64,000 bases of DNA from an uncultured Gemmatimonadales bacterium (GTDB taxonomy: Bacteria > Gemmatimonadota > Gemmatimonadetes > Longimicrobiales > RSA9), in the NCBI GenBank assembly GCA_963708135.1, contig OY970192.1:5056001-5120000 (forward strand), read 5' to 3'. How positions within the stretch are numbered: position 1 is the stretch's first letter; every line of letters begins with the position of its first letter. The notes under the pieces were generated by a model, which worked only from the letters and a program-made list of their open reading frames with translations, did no database searches and had not been told where the DNA came from. Positions 19,754 through 29,266 of this stretch are shown here, piece by piece. A program made the position numbers and the translations under genes.

Positions 19754-20205
19754 GGAGTGGGAGTGGGGGAGCGGGGGAGTGGGGGACTCCGGGCCGGCTG
19801 CGCGGGTGCGCCGGCTTCCGGGCCTCGCGACCATGCCCGCGCGCCGCGTCGGCCCCCGCGCCGCCGGAAGGTGCATGGCCGGGCATCCGGCGTTACGCCG
19901 GCGAGCTTGAAACCGCCCGGAAGCCGGATGGCCGGGGATCCGGCGTACCCGGCGCGAGCGTGGAACCGCCCGGAAGCTGCATGGCCGGGGATCCGGCGTA
20001 CCCGGGGCGAGCGTGGAACCGCCCGGAAGCTGCATGGCCGGGGATCCGGCGTACCTTGGGCGAGCGTGGAACCGCCCGGAAGCTGCATGGCCGGGGATCC
20101 GGCGTACCCCGGGCGAGCGTGGAACCGCCCGGAAGGCGCATGGCCGGCGAACGGGCGTGCCCCGCGATCGTCGCCCGGTCCCCCACTCCCCCGCTCCCCC
20201 ACTCT
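19754..20205. repeat. Dispersed element with GAGTGGG/CCCACTC ends and five 53-bp internal tandem units
   Basis: Units GCATGGCCGGGGATCCGGCGTAC...GGAACCGCCCGGAAG start at 19873, 19926, 19979, 20032, 20085, with a partial unit at 20138. Confidence 0.85.
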
Positions 20206-20257
20206 TCCCTCCCGGCGCCGCGAAGCCTGCGACGCCGGGAGAAAAGACGGGCCAACA

Positions 20258-21733
20258 CTACGCGTCGTGGTACAGGAAAAACTCGTACGGGTGCGGCCGC
20301 AGCGCCATCGGGGCGACCTCCTTCTCCCGCTTCCAGTCGAGCCAGGTCTGGATGACGTCGGCGGTGAAGACGTCGCCTTCCAGGAGGAACGCATGGTCCG
20401 CCTCGAGCGCGTCCAGCACCTCGCCCAGCGAGCCGGGGGTGTTCCTCACACCCGCGCGCTCCTCCGCATCCAGGTGGTAGAGGTCCTTGTCGATCGGCGC
20501 CGGCGGCTCGAGCTGCCGGCGGATCCCGTCCAGCCCGGCCATGAGCAGCGCCGGGAAGGCCAGGTACGGGTTCGCCGTCGGGTCCGGCGCGCGGAACTCG
20601 ATGCGCTTCGACTTCGGGCTCTTCGAGTACATCGGGATGCGGCAGATCGCCGACCGGTTGCGCTGCGAGTACATCAGGTTGATCGGCGCCTCGTAGCCGG
20701 GGACGAGCCGGCGGTACGAGTTCGTCGTCGGCGCGCAGAACGCGAGCAGCGCCGGCGCGTGCGCGATCAGCCCGCCAATATAGTGGCGCGCGATCTCCGA
20801 CAGACCGCCGTACCCCGTCTCGTCGAAGAAGAGGTTCGTGCCGTCCTTCCACAGGCTCTGGTGCACGTGCATGCCCGAGCCGTTGTCGCCGAGCAGCGGC
20901 TTCGGCATGAACGTGGCCAGGTAGCCCGCCTGCTGACAGGCGTTGCGTACGATGTACTTGTAGATCTGCACCTGGTCCGCCATCTGCACCAGCGCGCCGA
21001 AGCGCATGTCGATCTCCGTCTGCCCCGCCGTGCCCACCTCGTGGTGGTGCACCTCCACCGGCACGCCCGCATCCCTCAGCCGCAGCACGATCTCGCTGCG
21101 CAGATCCTGGAACCGGTCCGTCGGCGGCACCGGGAAGTACCCCTCCTTCGTGCGCGGCCGGTACGCCCCGTTCGGCGTGCCGTTCCGCCCCGAGTTCCAG
21201 ATCCCCTCCTCGCTGTCGATCTCGTAGAACGCCTGGTTCGCACCCTCCGCGAAACGCAGCGAGTTGAAGATGTAGAACTCCGCCTCCGGCCCCCAGAACG
21301 ACGCCGTCGCGATCCCGCTCTTCGGCAGGTACGCCTCCGCCTTGCGCGCGATGAAGCGCGGATCGCGCGTGTACGGCAGCCCCGTCACCGGGTCGCGCAC
21401 GTCGCAGATCAGCGCCAGCGTCCTCACCCGCAGCACCGGGTCCACGAACGCGCTCGCCGGGTCCGGGAACAGCAGCATGTCGCTCTCGTGGATCTGCTGG
21501 AACCCCCGGATCGACGAGCCATCGAAGCCCAGTCCCTCGCGGAACGACGCCTCCGTCAGCTCCTCCGCCGGCACCGTGAAGTGCTGCCAGCCGCCCAGCA
21601 GATCCGTGAACCGCACGTCCACCATCGCCACGCCCGCTTCCGCGATCGTCCGCAGCACCTCTTCGACTCCCGCGTGCACCTGCTCCGCCCGCCGCGTCAC
21701 GCGTGCTTCGGCCTCCCGCTCGATCGTCGCCAT
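20258..21733 (-). CDS. glnA: Glutamine synthetase type I
   Basis: FDGSSIRGF, GPEAEF, HHHEV, ATFMPKP, NGSGMHVHQSL, NRSAICRIP, RIEFRAPDP; adenylylation-site-like DKDLY. Confidence 0.97.
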   Translation of the reverse strand: MATIEREAEARVTRRAEQVHAGVEEVLRTIAEAGVAMVDVRFTDLLGGWQHFTVPAEELTEASFREGLGFDGSSIRGFQQIHESDMLLFPDPASAFVDPVLRVRTLALICDVRDPVTGLPYTRDPRFIARKAEAYLPKSGIATASFWGPEAEFYIFNSLRFAEGANQAFYEIDSEEGIWNSGRNGTPNGAYRPRTKEGYFPVPPTDRFQDLRSEIVLRLRDAGVPVEVHHHEVGTAGQTEIDMRFGALVQMADQVQIYKYIVRNACQQAGYLATFMPKPLLGDNGSGMHVHQSLWKDGTNLFFDETGYGGLSEIARHYIGGLIAHAPALLAFCAPTTNSYRRLVPGYEAPINLMYSQRNRSAICRIPMYSKSPKSKRIEFRAPDPTANPYLAFPALLMAGLDGIRRQLEPPAPIDKDLYHLDAEERAGVRNTPGSLGEVLDALEADHAFLLEGDVFTADVIQTWLDWKREKEVAPMALRPHPYEFFLYHDA

Positions 21734-21789
21734 GCCGTCGCCTCTCCTGTGCGCTCGTCCGCCCGGGCCGCCCCGGGCCCGGATTGCAC

Positions 21790-21819
21790 AATGTACATCA
21801 CGAAGCCTCTGGTTGGCAA
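21790..21819 (-). promoter_or_regulatory. Possible sigma70-type promoter of glnA
   Basis: Minus strand TTGCCA, 18 bp spacer, TACATT in an AT-richer patch about 57 bp upstream of the ATG. Confidence 0.3.
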
Positions 21820-22251
21820 CATCCAAGGTGACGATAGTCGATCTTGTGCCATGTGTCGTCCACATCGTACATGCTGATGCGCACTTTCGGCGACATCGAA
21901 CCGGACACCACGCACTCGCCCACCCGCCGTTCAACGAATCCGAATCCAGCGGCGCAGCCGCGGAATGCAGGGGCGACGCCCCGGAATCCGAATGCGGTGG
22001 TCCCCTTCACTGGCGCGGGCGCTCGGCCCGCCCGGCCGACGAGGAAGCATCGCCGGGCCCGGTCAAGGCGGAAGCGTGGTCGCGTAACGCGCGTGTCCCG
22101 GGTGGGCCGCCCTTCCGCGCGCTCGGCCGGCGCCACGCCGGCACGCAGGTTGCCTCTTTCGAGCCACCTCATGGGAAGCACCGGACCCGGCCGCGGGGCC
22201 GTGCGGCCGCGCGGGCCGAAGGCCGGCGGGTCCGCCGAGCGGAGGGGGCGC

Positions 22252-22662
22252 ATGGCGTACGATCATCCGTTCTGGGCGCACGAGCGCTGGGGCTCCGGCT
22301 GGCTGCCGCGGGATCCGGCCTGGAACGAGCTGCACGACTACGACTTCGAGATCCGTGGCCCGTACCGACCGGGCGCGCTGGTGGATGGGTACATGGAGTG
22401 GCGTCGCTTCCGGGAGGAGGAGCGCCGGGCCTGGGAGGACACGCACCCCGGCTCGTGGGAAGAGCACGACCCGATGGAGCTGAACCCCGCGGCCGAGCTG
22501 CGCCGCTGGGAGCTCTGGCGGCGCGCCCGCCGGCGCGCCCGCCTGGCCGCGGAATACGACGAGGCGGCAGGCGACGTGTACGGCGCCGACTACTTCCGCC
22601 GCGTCCCCGGCCTGCGCCGCCGCCTCGGGTCGCGCGGCCGCCGCGGCTGGCGCGAGTACTAG
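22252..22662 (+). CDS. Hypothetical protein (136 aa, Trp/Arg/Glu-rich)
   Basis: Strong RBS GGAGGGG; GC3-biased codons; no recognised domain. Confidence 0.6.
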   Translation: MAYDHPFWAHERWGSGWLPRDPAWNELHDYDFEIRGPYRPGALVDGYMEWRRFREEERRAWEDTHPGSWEEHDPMELNPAAELRRWELWRRARRRARLAAEYDEAAGDVYGADYFRRVPGLRRRLGSRGRRGWREY

Positions 22663-22734
22663 CCGGCCCGCGGCCGCGGCCGGCGCCGCCCTGACGCCCG
22701 CCGCCACTTCCGCTGCCCCGGCTCCACGCGTGAG

Positions 22735-23632
22735 CCCCGCACCGGCCCGCCGCCCTCGGGCAACCCCGACGGGACGCGCGGCGATCTCCATCCCGTCACC
22801 TCGCGCCGAGGCCACCGCCGGCGCCCCGCCGCCACCGCCGGCGCCCCGCCCCGCCGCCACCTCCGCTGCCCCGCCTCCACCCCTGAGGCCCCGCACCGCC
22901 CCGCCGCCCCGCGCAACCCGACGGCACGCGAGGCGATCTCCATCCCGTGACCTCGCGCCGAGGCCACCCGGCGCCCCGGCGCCCTCGCCGTGGAACGCAG
23001 CATCGCCCGGGACCAGCCGGACCGGCGTCGTTCGCCGGTCTCGCTCGTGGCGTTGGGCCGCGTCCCCGCGGCGGGCGGGTCGGGAGGGTGGTGGTTTCCA
23101 GCATCCGTGCAGCGAGCGATTTCTCGTAGGGTGCGCCCTCTCGACGGCCGCGATCGAGGTTCGTCTCGCCAGGCGAGCGAGATCTCGTCCGCGACCCGGC
23201 GCGCACGCCACTACTACGAGATTCGTCCCGCCAGGAGAGCGAAATCTCGATCGCGAGCATCGGGCCGGCACACCGTGCGAGATTTCTCTCGCAGGTTCGT
23301 CCGCGCCGCCCCGCCCCGCCCCGCCCCGCCGCCGCTTGTGCCGCACCGCCCCGCACCGCCCCGCCGCCCCGCGCAACCCGACGGGGCGCGAGGCGATCTC
23401 CATCCCGTGACCTCGCGCCGAGGCGGCCCGGCGCCCCGCCGCCCTCGCCGTGGAACGCAGCGCCGCCCTGGACCGGCGTCTTCCGCCGGTGTCGTTCGTG
23501 GCGTTGCCCCGCGTCCCCGCGTCGGGCGGGGTGGGAGGGTGGCGGTCGGGAGGGTGGTACTCGAGAGGGTCGTACTCGGGAGGGTGGTACTCGGGAAGGG
23601 TCGTACTCGGGAAGGGTCGTGCTCGGGAAGGG
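22735..23632. repeat. Intergenic region with three copies of a 100-180 bp unit and a 15-16 bp tandem repeat
   Basis: GGCGATCTCCATCCCGT(C/G)ACCTCGCGCCGAGG at about 22781, 22932 and 23392; GGGA(A)GGGT(C/G)GTACTC tandem at about 23548-23632. Confidence 0.75.
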
Positions 23633-23966
23633 TCACGGCGCGGGGAACGAGACCGGCTCGACGAACACCTCCATCACGCCGCCGCAGACGGCGGGGCTCC
23701 AGGAGTCCACGGGGTCGGTCAGCTCGACGCGGACCAGGCGCGCGATGCCCGTGCGGATGACTTCGCCGGCCGCCTCGATCACGTCGCCCTCGCCGCAGCC
23801 GCCGCCGATCGTGCCGACGAGGCCGCGCTCGGGGTCCACGACCATTCTTGCTGCCGGCGTGGCGGGGGACGGAGCCGCGCGCGGCGACGACCGTGGCGAG
23901 GGCGACGGGTCGGCCGGCGGCGGCGGCGTCGAGCAGGGCGCGGTGGACGGCGGGGTCGTCGCTCAC
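23633..23966 (-). pseudogene. Stand-alone XdhC/CoxI N-terminal domain protein with a +1 frameshift (real or sequencing error)
   Basis: LATVVAARGSVPRHAGSK continues in another frame as MVVDPERGLVGTIGGGCGE; one extra A in AGCAAGAATGG at about 23846. Confidence 0.7.
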
Positions 23967-24979
23967 GGCGTCGCCTCCGGGAGCAGGCGCTCGAGCACGC
24001 GCTCGCGCGCGGCGCGGGTGGCGGGGTCGAGGTCGGGCGAGGGGCGGCGGCGGGCGAGCACCAGCTCGGCGGCGATCGAGACGGCGATCTCCTCGGGCGT
24101 CTCGGCGCCGATGTCGAGGCCGACGGGCGCGCGCACGCGGGCGAGCCGCGCCCGCGGGATGCCGGCGCGGAGCAGGGCGGTGAAGGCGGCGCGCACGCGA
24201 CGCCGGCTGCCGATCATCCCGATGTAGCGGGGCGCATCGTCGGCCATGACGAGCCGGCGCAGGCAGTCGAAGTCGTGCTCGTGGCCGCGCGTGACCAGCA
24301 CGATCGAGGTGCGCGGACCGATGCGCACGTCGCGGAACGGATCGGCGAAGTCCGCGCGCAGCACCGCGGCGGCGGTCGGGAAGCGCTCGATCGTCGCGAA
24401 GCCCTCCCGGTCGTCCAGCACCGTGACGCGGAAGCCGAGCGAGGCGCCGAGCGCGGCGAGCGGGACGGCAATGTGGCCAGCGCCCACGACCACGAGCGCG
24501 TCGGGCGGGAAGAGCGCCTCCACGTAAAGGGAGGCGCGCAGCGCGCCGGCCTCCACGGTGGCGGTGCCGGGCGGGGCGCCGGTGAGCGCGGCGTCCGCGA
24601 GCTCCGCCGCGGCGGCATCGAGCGCGGGATGGCCGAGCGTCCCCGCGCGCGGGCCGCGCTCCGGGACGAGCAACCGCGCGCCGGGATGGAGCTCCGGCGC
24701 GGCCGCGGCGCCTCCGCCGGGCCGCGCGCCGGGCCGCAGGTCGGACCCGCCGCCCGCGCTTCCGCCGGCGCCGCGCGCGTCGGGACGCAGATCGGCCCCG
24801 CCGCCCGCGCCTCCCCCGGCGCCGCGCGCGCCGCCGGGGGTGGGCTTCTCCGGGACGGGATCCTCGCCGGCCGCGGGGCCGGACCCGACGAGCGTCACGA
24901 CGGCGACGGCGTCGCCTCCCTCGTGCGCGGCGAGCGCCGCGCGCGCGGCATCGAGGGGGCCGAGGCGCTCGGCGCTCAC
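23963..24979 (-). CDS. XdhC family molybdenum-cofactor chaperone
   Basis: VVGAGHIA, VTRGHEHD, YIGMIGSRRR, APVGLDIGAETPEEIAVSIAAE; Gly-rich repeat insert near the N-terminus. Confidence 0.88.
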   Translation of the reverse strand: MSAERLGPLDAARAALAAHEGGDAVAVVTLVGSGPAAGEDPVPEKPTPGGARGAGGGAGGGADLRPDARGAGGSAGGGSDLRPGARPGGGAAAAPELHPGARLLVPERGPRAGTLGHPALDAAAAELADAALTGAPPGTATVEAGALRASLYVEALFPPDALVVVGAGHIAVPLAALGASLGFRVTVLDDREGFATIERFPTAAAVLRADFADPFRDVRIGPRTSIVLVTRGHEHDFDCLRRLVMADDAPRYIGMIGSRRRVRAAFTALLRAGIPRARLARVRAPVGLDIGAETPEEIAVSIAAELVLARRRPSPDLDPATRAARERVLERLLPEATP

Positions 24980-25578
24980 GCGTCCTCCCTGGGCCCGCCG
25001 CCTGCAAGCCGGCGGAGATCGTCGGGAGTGTTCACGTCGAGGAGGATGCCGGGGTCGTCCACCGGCACGTCGCGGATGCGGCCGGGGTGCGCCTCGAGCA
25101 CGCTCTCGGCGCCGCGCGGAAGGCCGGGGGCGGAGAGCTCGCGGAAGAGAGCGCGCGCGAAGAGGGTTGGATGGCCGGGGCGGCCGCCGGCGACGGGGCG
25201 CACGGCCAGCGCGCCGCCGGCCGCGAACGCTTCGAGCAGGCGGCGCACCGTGTCCGGCCGGACGGCGGGGATGTCGACGGGCAGCACGGCGGCCGCCGCG
25301 GCGTCGGCGGGGAGCGCCCGCAGCCCGATGCGGAGCGAGGCCACCTGCTGCGAGCCGGGGTCCGGGTTCAGCGTGTAGACCACGCCGTCCTCGGGCGGCC
25401 CGGCGGCATCCCGGCGCTCGCCGACCACGACCACGACCGAGCGGCAGCCGCCCTCGCGCAGCGCGTCCACGGCGCGGCGCAGGAAGGTGCGGCCGTCCAG
25501 CTCGAGCTCCGCCTTGGGCGCGCCCATGCGGAGCGAGCGTCCGGCTGCCAGCACGATGCCGTCGATCGGAGCGTTCAC
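24976..25578 (-). CDS. Molybdenum cofactor cytidylyltransferase (MocA-like)
   Basis: IVLAAGRSLRMGAPK, PVDIP, GHPTLF, DVNTPDD; next to XdhC. Confidence 0.85.
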   Translation of the reverse strand: MNAPIDGIVLAAGRSLRMGAPKAELELDGRTFLRRAVDALREGGCRSVVVVVGERRDAAGPPEDGVVYTLNPDPGSQQVASLRIGLRALPADAAAAAVLPVDIPAVRPDTVRRLLEAFAAGGALAVRPVAGGRPGHPTLFARALFRELSAPGLPRGAESVLEAHPGRIRDVPVDDPGILLDVNTPDDLRRLAGGGPREDA

Positions 25579-25653
25579 GGTCCTCCCTCCCGCCGCATCC
25601 GTCGCTCCGGGCTGCGGCGCGTCTCGAATGCCAGGCGACTCCCCGTCGCGACG

Positions 25654-26637
25654 CTAATAGACGTCGAGGTCGGCGCCCGCGGCCACCCGGCCGGAGAACT
25701 TCGACCTCACCTCGCCCACGATCTCCTCCGGCGTCTGGCCAAAGAAGAGCCAGTGCGTGAGCACGAGCAGCTTCGGGCGGGCCTTCGCGGCCATGGCGCC
25801 CAGCTCGAGCCCCGACGTGTGGAAGTGCGTGTGATACTCCCGGTCGTCGGCCCCCTCGTGCTCGAGCCCCTTCGCGGAGTAGACCTCGTGGACCATCACG
25901 TCGCAGCCGTCGCAGTAGCGGGCGATGGTATCCAGCGGCGGCGCCTCGTCGCCGGAGACCACGATGCTCCGGCCGCGCGCATCGAAGCGGTAGCCGAACG
26001 CCTCCGGCCAGGTGCCGTGGTGCACCGCGAAGGCCGTCACCGTCACGTTCGAGTCGCGGTACACCACGCCCGGCCGGATCTCGTGCACACGCACGTGGTA
26101 CGCAGCCCAGTGGCCGTGCTCGAGGCCGTAGACGCGCAGCCGGATGTCCTCGCGGTACGCCTCGAGCAGGGCGTCCACCATCGCCTGCGTGCCCTCCGGC
26201 CCCCACACCTCGAGCGGACCCTTCCGGCCCAGCACCGCCGGCGTGAGGATCACGTCCGCGAGCCCCAGCGTGTGGTCCGAGTGCAGGTGCGTGAGGAACA
26301 CGCGCGTGAGGTTGCGCACCCGCAGCGCCGGGATGGAATCCTTCCGGGCCGCCGCCACCGCGCGCCGGACCACGCCCGCGCCGGCGTCCACCAGGTAGCT
26401 CTCCCCGCCCGCCACGATCGCCGTGGCCGGCCCCGAGCGCTCCGGGTCGGCAATGGGCGTGCCCGTGCCGAGCAGCACGACCTTCGCGCCCGTATCCGCA
26501 GGCGACGCCGCCGCGGCCGGCCCGCCGGCCCGCGCGGCCTGCCCGGGCGACGCCGCGGCCATCGCGGCCAGGGCGGCGAGCGCGAGGAGCGCGAGGAGCG
26601 CGAGGAGCGCGAGAATGGCGTGGCGCCGTCGTCGCAT
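25654..26637 (-). CDS. Secreted MBL-fold metallo-hydrolase (RNase Z/arylsulfatase-like)
   Basis: Signal peptide MRRRRHAILALL; LLGTGTP, THLHSDH, VSGD, HT, LTH. Confidence 0.85.
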   Translation of the reverse strand: MRRRRHAILALLALLALLALAALAAMAAASPGQAARAGGPAAAASPADTGAKVVLLGTGTPIADPERSGPATAIVAGGESYLVDAGAGVVRRAVAAARKDSIPALRVRNLTRVFLTHLHSDHTLGLADVILTPAVLGRKGPLEVWGPEGTQAMVDALLEAYREDIRLRVYGLEHGHWAAYHVRVHEIRPGVVYRDSNVTVTAFAVHHGTWPEAFGYRFDARGRSIVVSGDEAPPLDTIARYCDGCDVMVHEVYSAKGLEHEGADDREYHTHFHTSGLELGAMAAKARPKLLVLTHWLFFGQTPEEIVGEVRSKFSGRVAAGADLDVY

Positions 26638-26759
26638 GCGGGCTCCGGTTCCGGGAGAGCGGTCGGCTGGGTCCGGTCCGCGCAATGTCGGCCGAACCCC
26701 ACGGCGCGACAAGCCCGGCGGCTCGCGTGATCGTGCGACGGCGGTGGGGCCGTACCGCG

Positions 26760-27055
26760 AGAGTGGGGGAGTGGGAGAGTGGGAGACTCCGGGCTGGCTC
26801 CGCGGGGTGCGCGTCGCTCCGGGCCTCGCGACCATGCTCGCGCGCCGCATCCGCTGGCTCCCGCGCTGCCGGGAAGCCGCATGGCCGGGGATCCGGCCTT
26901 ACCCGACGCGAGTGCGGAGCCGCCCGGAAGGCGCATGGCCGGGGATCCGGCCTTACCCGGCGCGAGCGCGGAACCGCCCGGAAGGCGCATGGCCGGCGAA
27001 CGGGCGTGCCCCGCGATCGTCGCCCGGTCCCCCACTCCCCCACTCCCCCACTCCG
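26760..27055. repeat. Second copy of the GAGTGGG-ended element, with two 54-bp internal units
   Basis: Same left flank (GACTCCGGG...GGGCCTCGCGACCATG) and right flank (GCGAACGGGCGTGCCCCGCGATCGTCGCCCGGTCCCC) as the 19.75-20.2 kb element. Confidence 0.85.
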
Positions 27056-27110
27056 TCTCTCCTGGCGCCCCGATCCTCCCCGGCTACATTCCTTCCAGCC
27101 AGGAGAGACC

Positions 27111-28031
27111 ATGCACCGCCACATCGCCCCCGCCACCACGCTCATCGACCTCGAGTACCTCGGAGAGCCGGAGGCGATCGCCGCGTGCGTGCTGGACACC
27201 GAGGCGGGGCTGGTGGTGGTCGATCCGGGACCGAGCTCGTCGCTCGACGGGCTGCGCGCCGCGATCGAGGCGATGGGCGCCTCGCCGGGCGACGTGCGCC
27301 ACCTGCTCCTCACCCACATCCACCTCGACCACGCGGGCGCCGCGGGCGTGCTGGCGCGGGAGAACGCCGAGATCCTCGTCCACGTGCACGAGCGCGGGGC
27401 GCCGCACCTGGCCGATCCGGCGCGCCTGCTGGACAGCGCCACGCGCATCTACGGCGAGGCCATGGACTCGCTGTGGGGGGAGGTCGCACCCGTCCCGGAG
27501 CGGCAGATCCGCTCGCTCGGCGGCGGCGAGACGCTCCGTTTCGGCGGCCGCCAGATCGACGTGGCCTGCACGCCCGGGCACGCCGTCCACCAGGTGGCGT
27601 TCCTGGACCGCGACACCGGCATCGCGTTCGTGGGCGATACGGCGGGCGAGCGCTACCCCGGGCACGACTACGTCATCCCCGTGACGCCGCCGCCCGACAT
27701 CGACCTCGAGCGCTGGCGCGAGAGCTTCGAGACGCTGCGCGGCTGGGCGCCCGAGCGGCTGTTCCTCACCCACTTCGGCGACTTCGGCGGCCCCGAGGCG
27801 CACCTCGAGCAGCTGGAGCTCAGGCAGGACGACTGGGCCGGCCGCGTGCGCATCTCGCTCGAGGCCGAGGGCACGGACGAGGAGAAGGCCCGTCGCTTCG
27901 CCGACGAGGTCGCCGCGGACCTGCGGCGCGACCTGGACCCGGAGACCGCGGCGCTGTACGCCCGCTCGGCGTCGCCTTACGACAGCTGGTTCGGCCTGGC
28001 CAGGTACTGGCGGAAGCGGCAGGGCGGGTGA
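27111..28031 (+). CDS. MBL-fold metallo-hydrolase
   Basis: RBS AGGAG; THIHLDHAG, TPGHA, VGD, LTHFG. Confidence 0.88.
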   Translation: MHRHIAPATTLIDLEYLGEPEAIAACVLDTEAGLVVVDPGPSSSLDGLRAAIEAMGASPGDVRHLLLTHIHLDHAGAAGVLARENAEILVHVHERGAPHLADPARLLDSATRIYGEAMDSLWGEVAPVPERQIRSLGGGETLRFGGRQIDVACTPGHAVHQVAFLDRDTGIAFVGDTAGERYPGHDYVIPVTPPPDIDLERWRESFETLRGWAPERLFLTHFGDFGGPEAHLEQLELRQDDWAGRVRISLEAEGTDEEKARRFADEVAADLRRDLDPETAALYARSASPYDSWFGLARYWRKRQGG

Positions 28032-28675
28032 GCGGGGCACGCCGGGCGGGTTGGCTCGCACGGCGTCGCCGACCGGTGAGGCGCTTCAGCGGGTGGTCCC
28101 CTACACGCGGGCCAGGCAGTCGCGCAGGATTGCCGCGGTGCGCTCCGCGGCGCGATCAACATCGCGCAATGGACGGGCGCCAAACCGTCCGGATTGCGAA
28201 TTGTCCCGGAAATCGAGCAAGATCGCGGTCGCGACGTCGCCGAGAGGCGGCCGGTGCGCCTTTCTTCTCGAACTCCGATCAAGAAGGCGATCCCGATCCT
28301 GCCCGAGAGCTCCGCTCCCCGATCCTGCTCGCGCCCGCGCCCGGCTCAGACCGTCCTCGAGCCTGCTCGCCCCCGCGCCCGCCTCAGACCGTCCCCGAGC
28401 CCGCGCGCGAACCGCGACGGCGGAGCGGCAAGGAGCCGGAGGGCGGACCCTCGTCGGTCTACGTGGCGGGGGTTCGGGGGGCGGCGCGGGTGCCCGTCCG
28501 CCCCCCCGGTGGCGGCCGACTCACGACCTCCGGAGGAGTCCGCCCGGCATCCTCGCACCACCGCCGTGCTTCGCCGCCAGCAACGGGAGGCAGGAATCCG
28601 ACGCTGCCGCTCGCTCCGCAGAGATCTGCATCCCGGCTTGCTCGCCTCCCGGCCTCCCTTTAACGTTCCCTTACC

Positions 28676-29266
28676 ATGCACTCCATCATCCGCCTGACCG
28701 TGAACGGCGACAGCCGCGAGCTCGGCGTCCCCGAGCACTACACGCTGCTCGAGGCGCTGCGCTACGTGCTGGGGCTGACCGGCTCCAAGCAGGGGTGTGA
28801 CAAGGGCGACTGCGGCGCCTGTACGGTGCTGCTCGATGGCGAGCCGGTGCTCTCCTGCATCACGCCGGTCTGGGAGGCGGAGGACCGCGACGTCACCACC
28901 GTCGAGGGGCTCTCCCTCGCCGGCGCGCTGAACCCGCTGCAGGACGCCTTCGAGACCACCGGCGGCGCGCAGTGCGGCTTCTGCACTCCCGGCATCCTCA
29001 TGTCCGCCTGGGGGCTGCTGCAGAAGAATCCGGAGCCCACGCGCGCCGAGATCCGCGATGCGCTCTCGGGCAACCTGTGCCGGTGCACGGGATACACGAA
29101 GATCTACGAGGCGGTGGAGCTGGCGGCGGAAACGATGCGGCGCGGAGGAGAGGGGGACTCGCTTTCGCATTCGCATTCGGACGTTCGCGGAGGAAAAGCC
29201 GAAAGCGAAAGCGAAAGCGAAGGCGAAAGCGTGAACGGCCGTTCGGTCGGGCGAGGCGAGCGATGA
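28676..29266 (+). CDS. 2Fe-2S subunit of a xanthine dehydrogenase-family molybdoenzyme (CoxS/HcrC-like)
   Basis: GCDKGDCGACTV, QCGFCTPG, GNLCRCTGY. Confidence 0.93.
   Translation: MHSIIRLTVNGDSRELGVPEHYTLLEALRYVLGLTGSKQGCDKGDCGACTVLLDGEPVLSCITPVWEAEDRDVTTVEGLSLAGALNPLQDAFETTGGAQCGFCTPGILMSAWGLLQKNPEPTRAEIRDALSGNLCRCTGYTKIYEAVELAAETMRRGGEGDSLSHSHSDVRGGKAESESESEGESVNGRSVGRGER

Noticed and set aside
19873..20150. Possible CRISPR or mini-array
   Set aside because: The 53-bp units vary only at a few bases, and the block is part of a dispersed element also present at 26.8 kb
21836..21851. Sigma54 promoter for glnA (minus strand TGGCAC)
   Set aside because: The -12 element lacks the required GC at the correct spacing (TGGCACAAGATCGAC)
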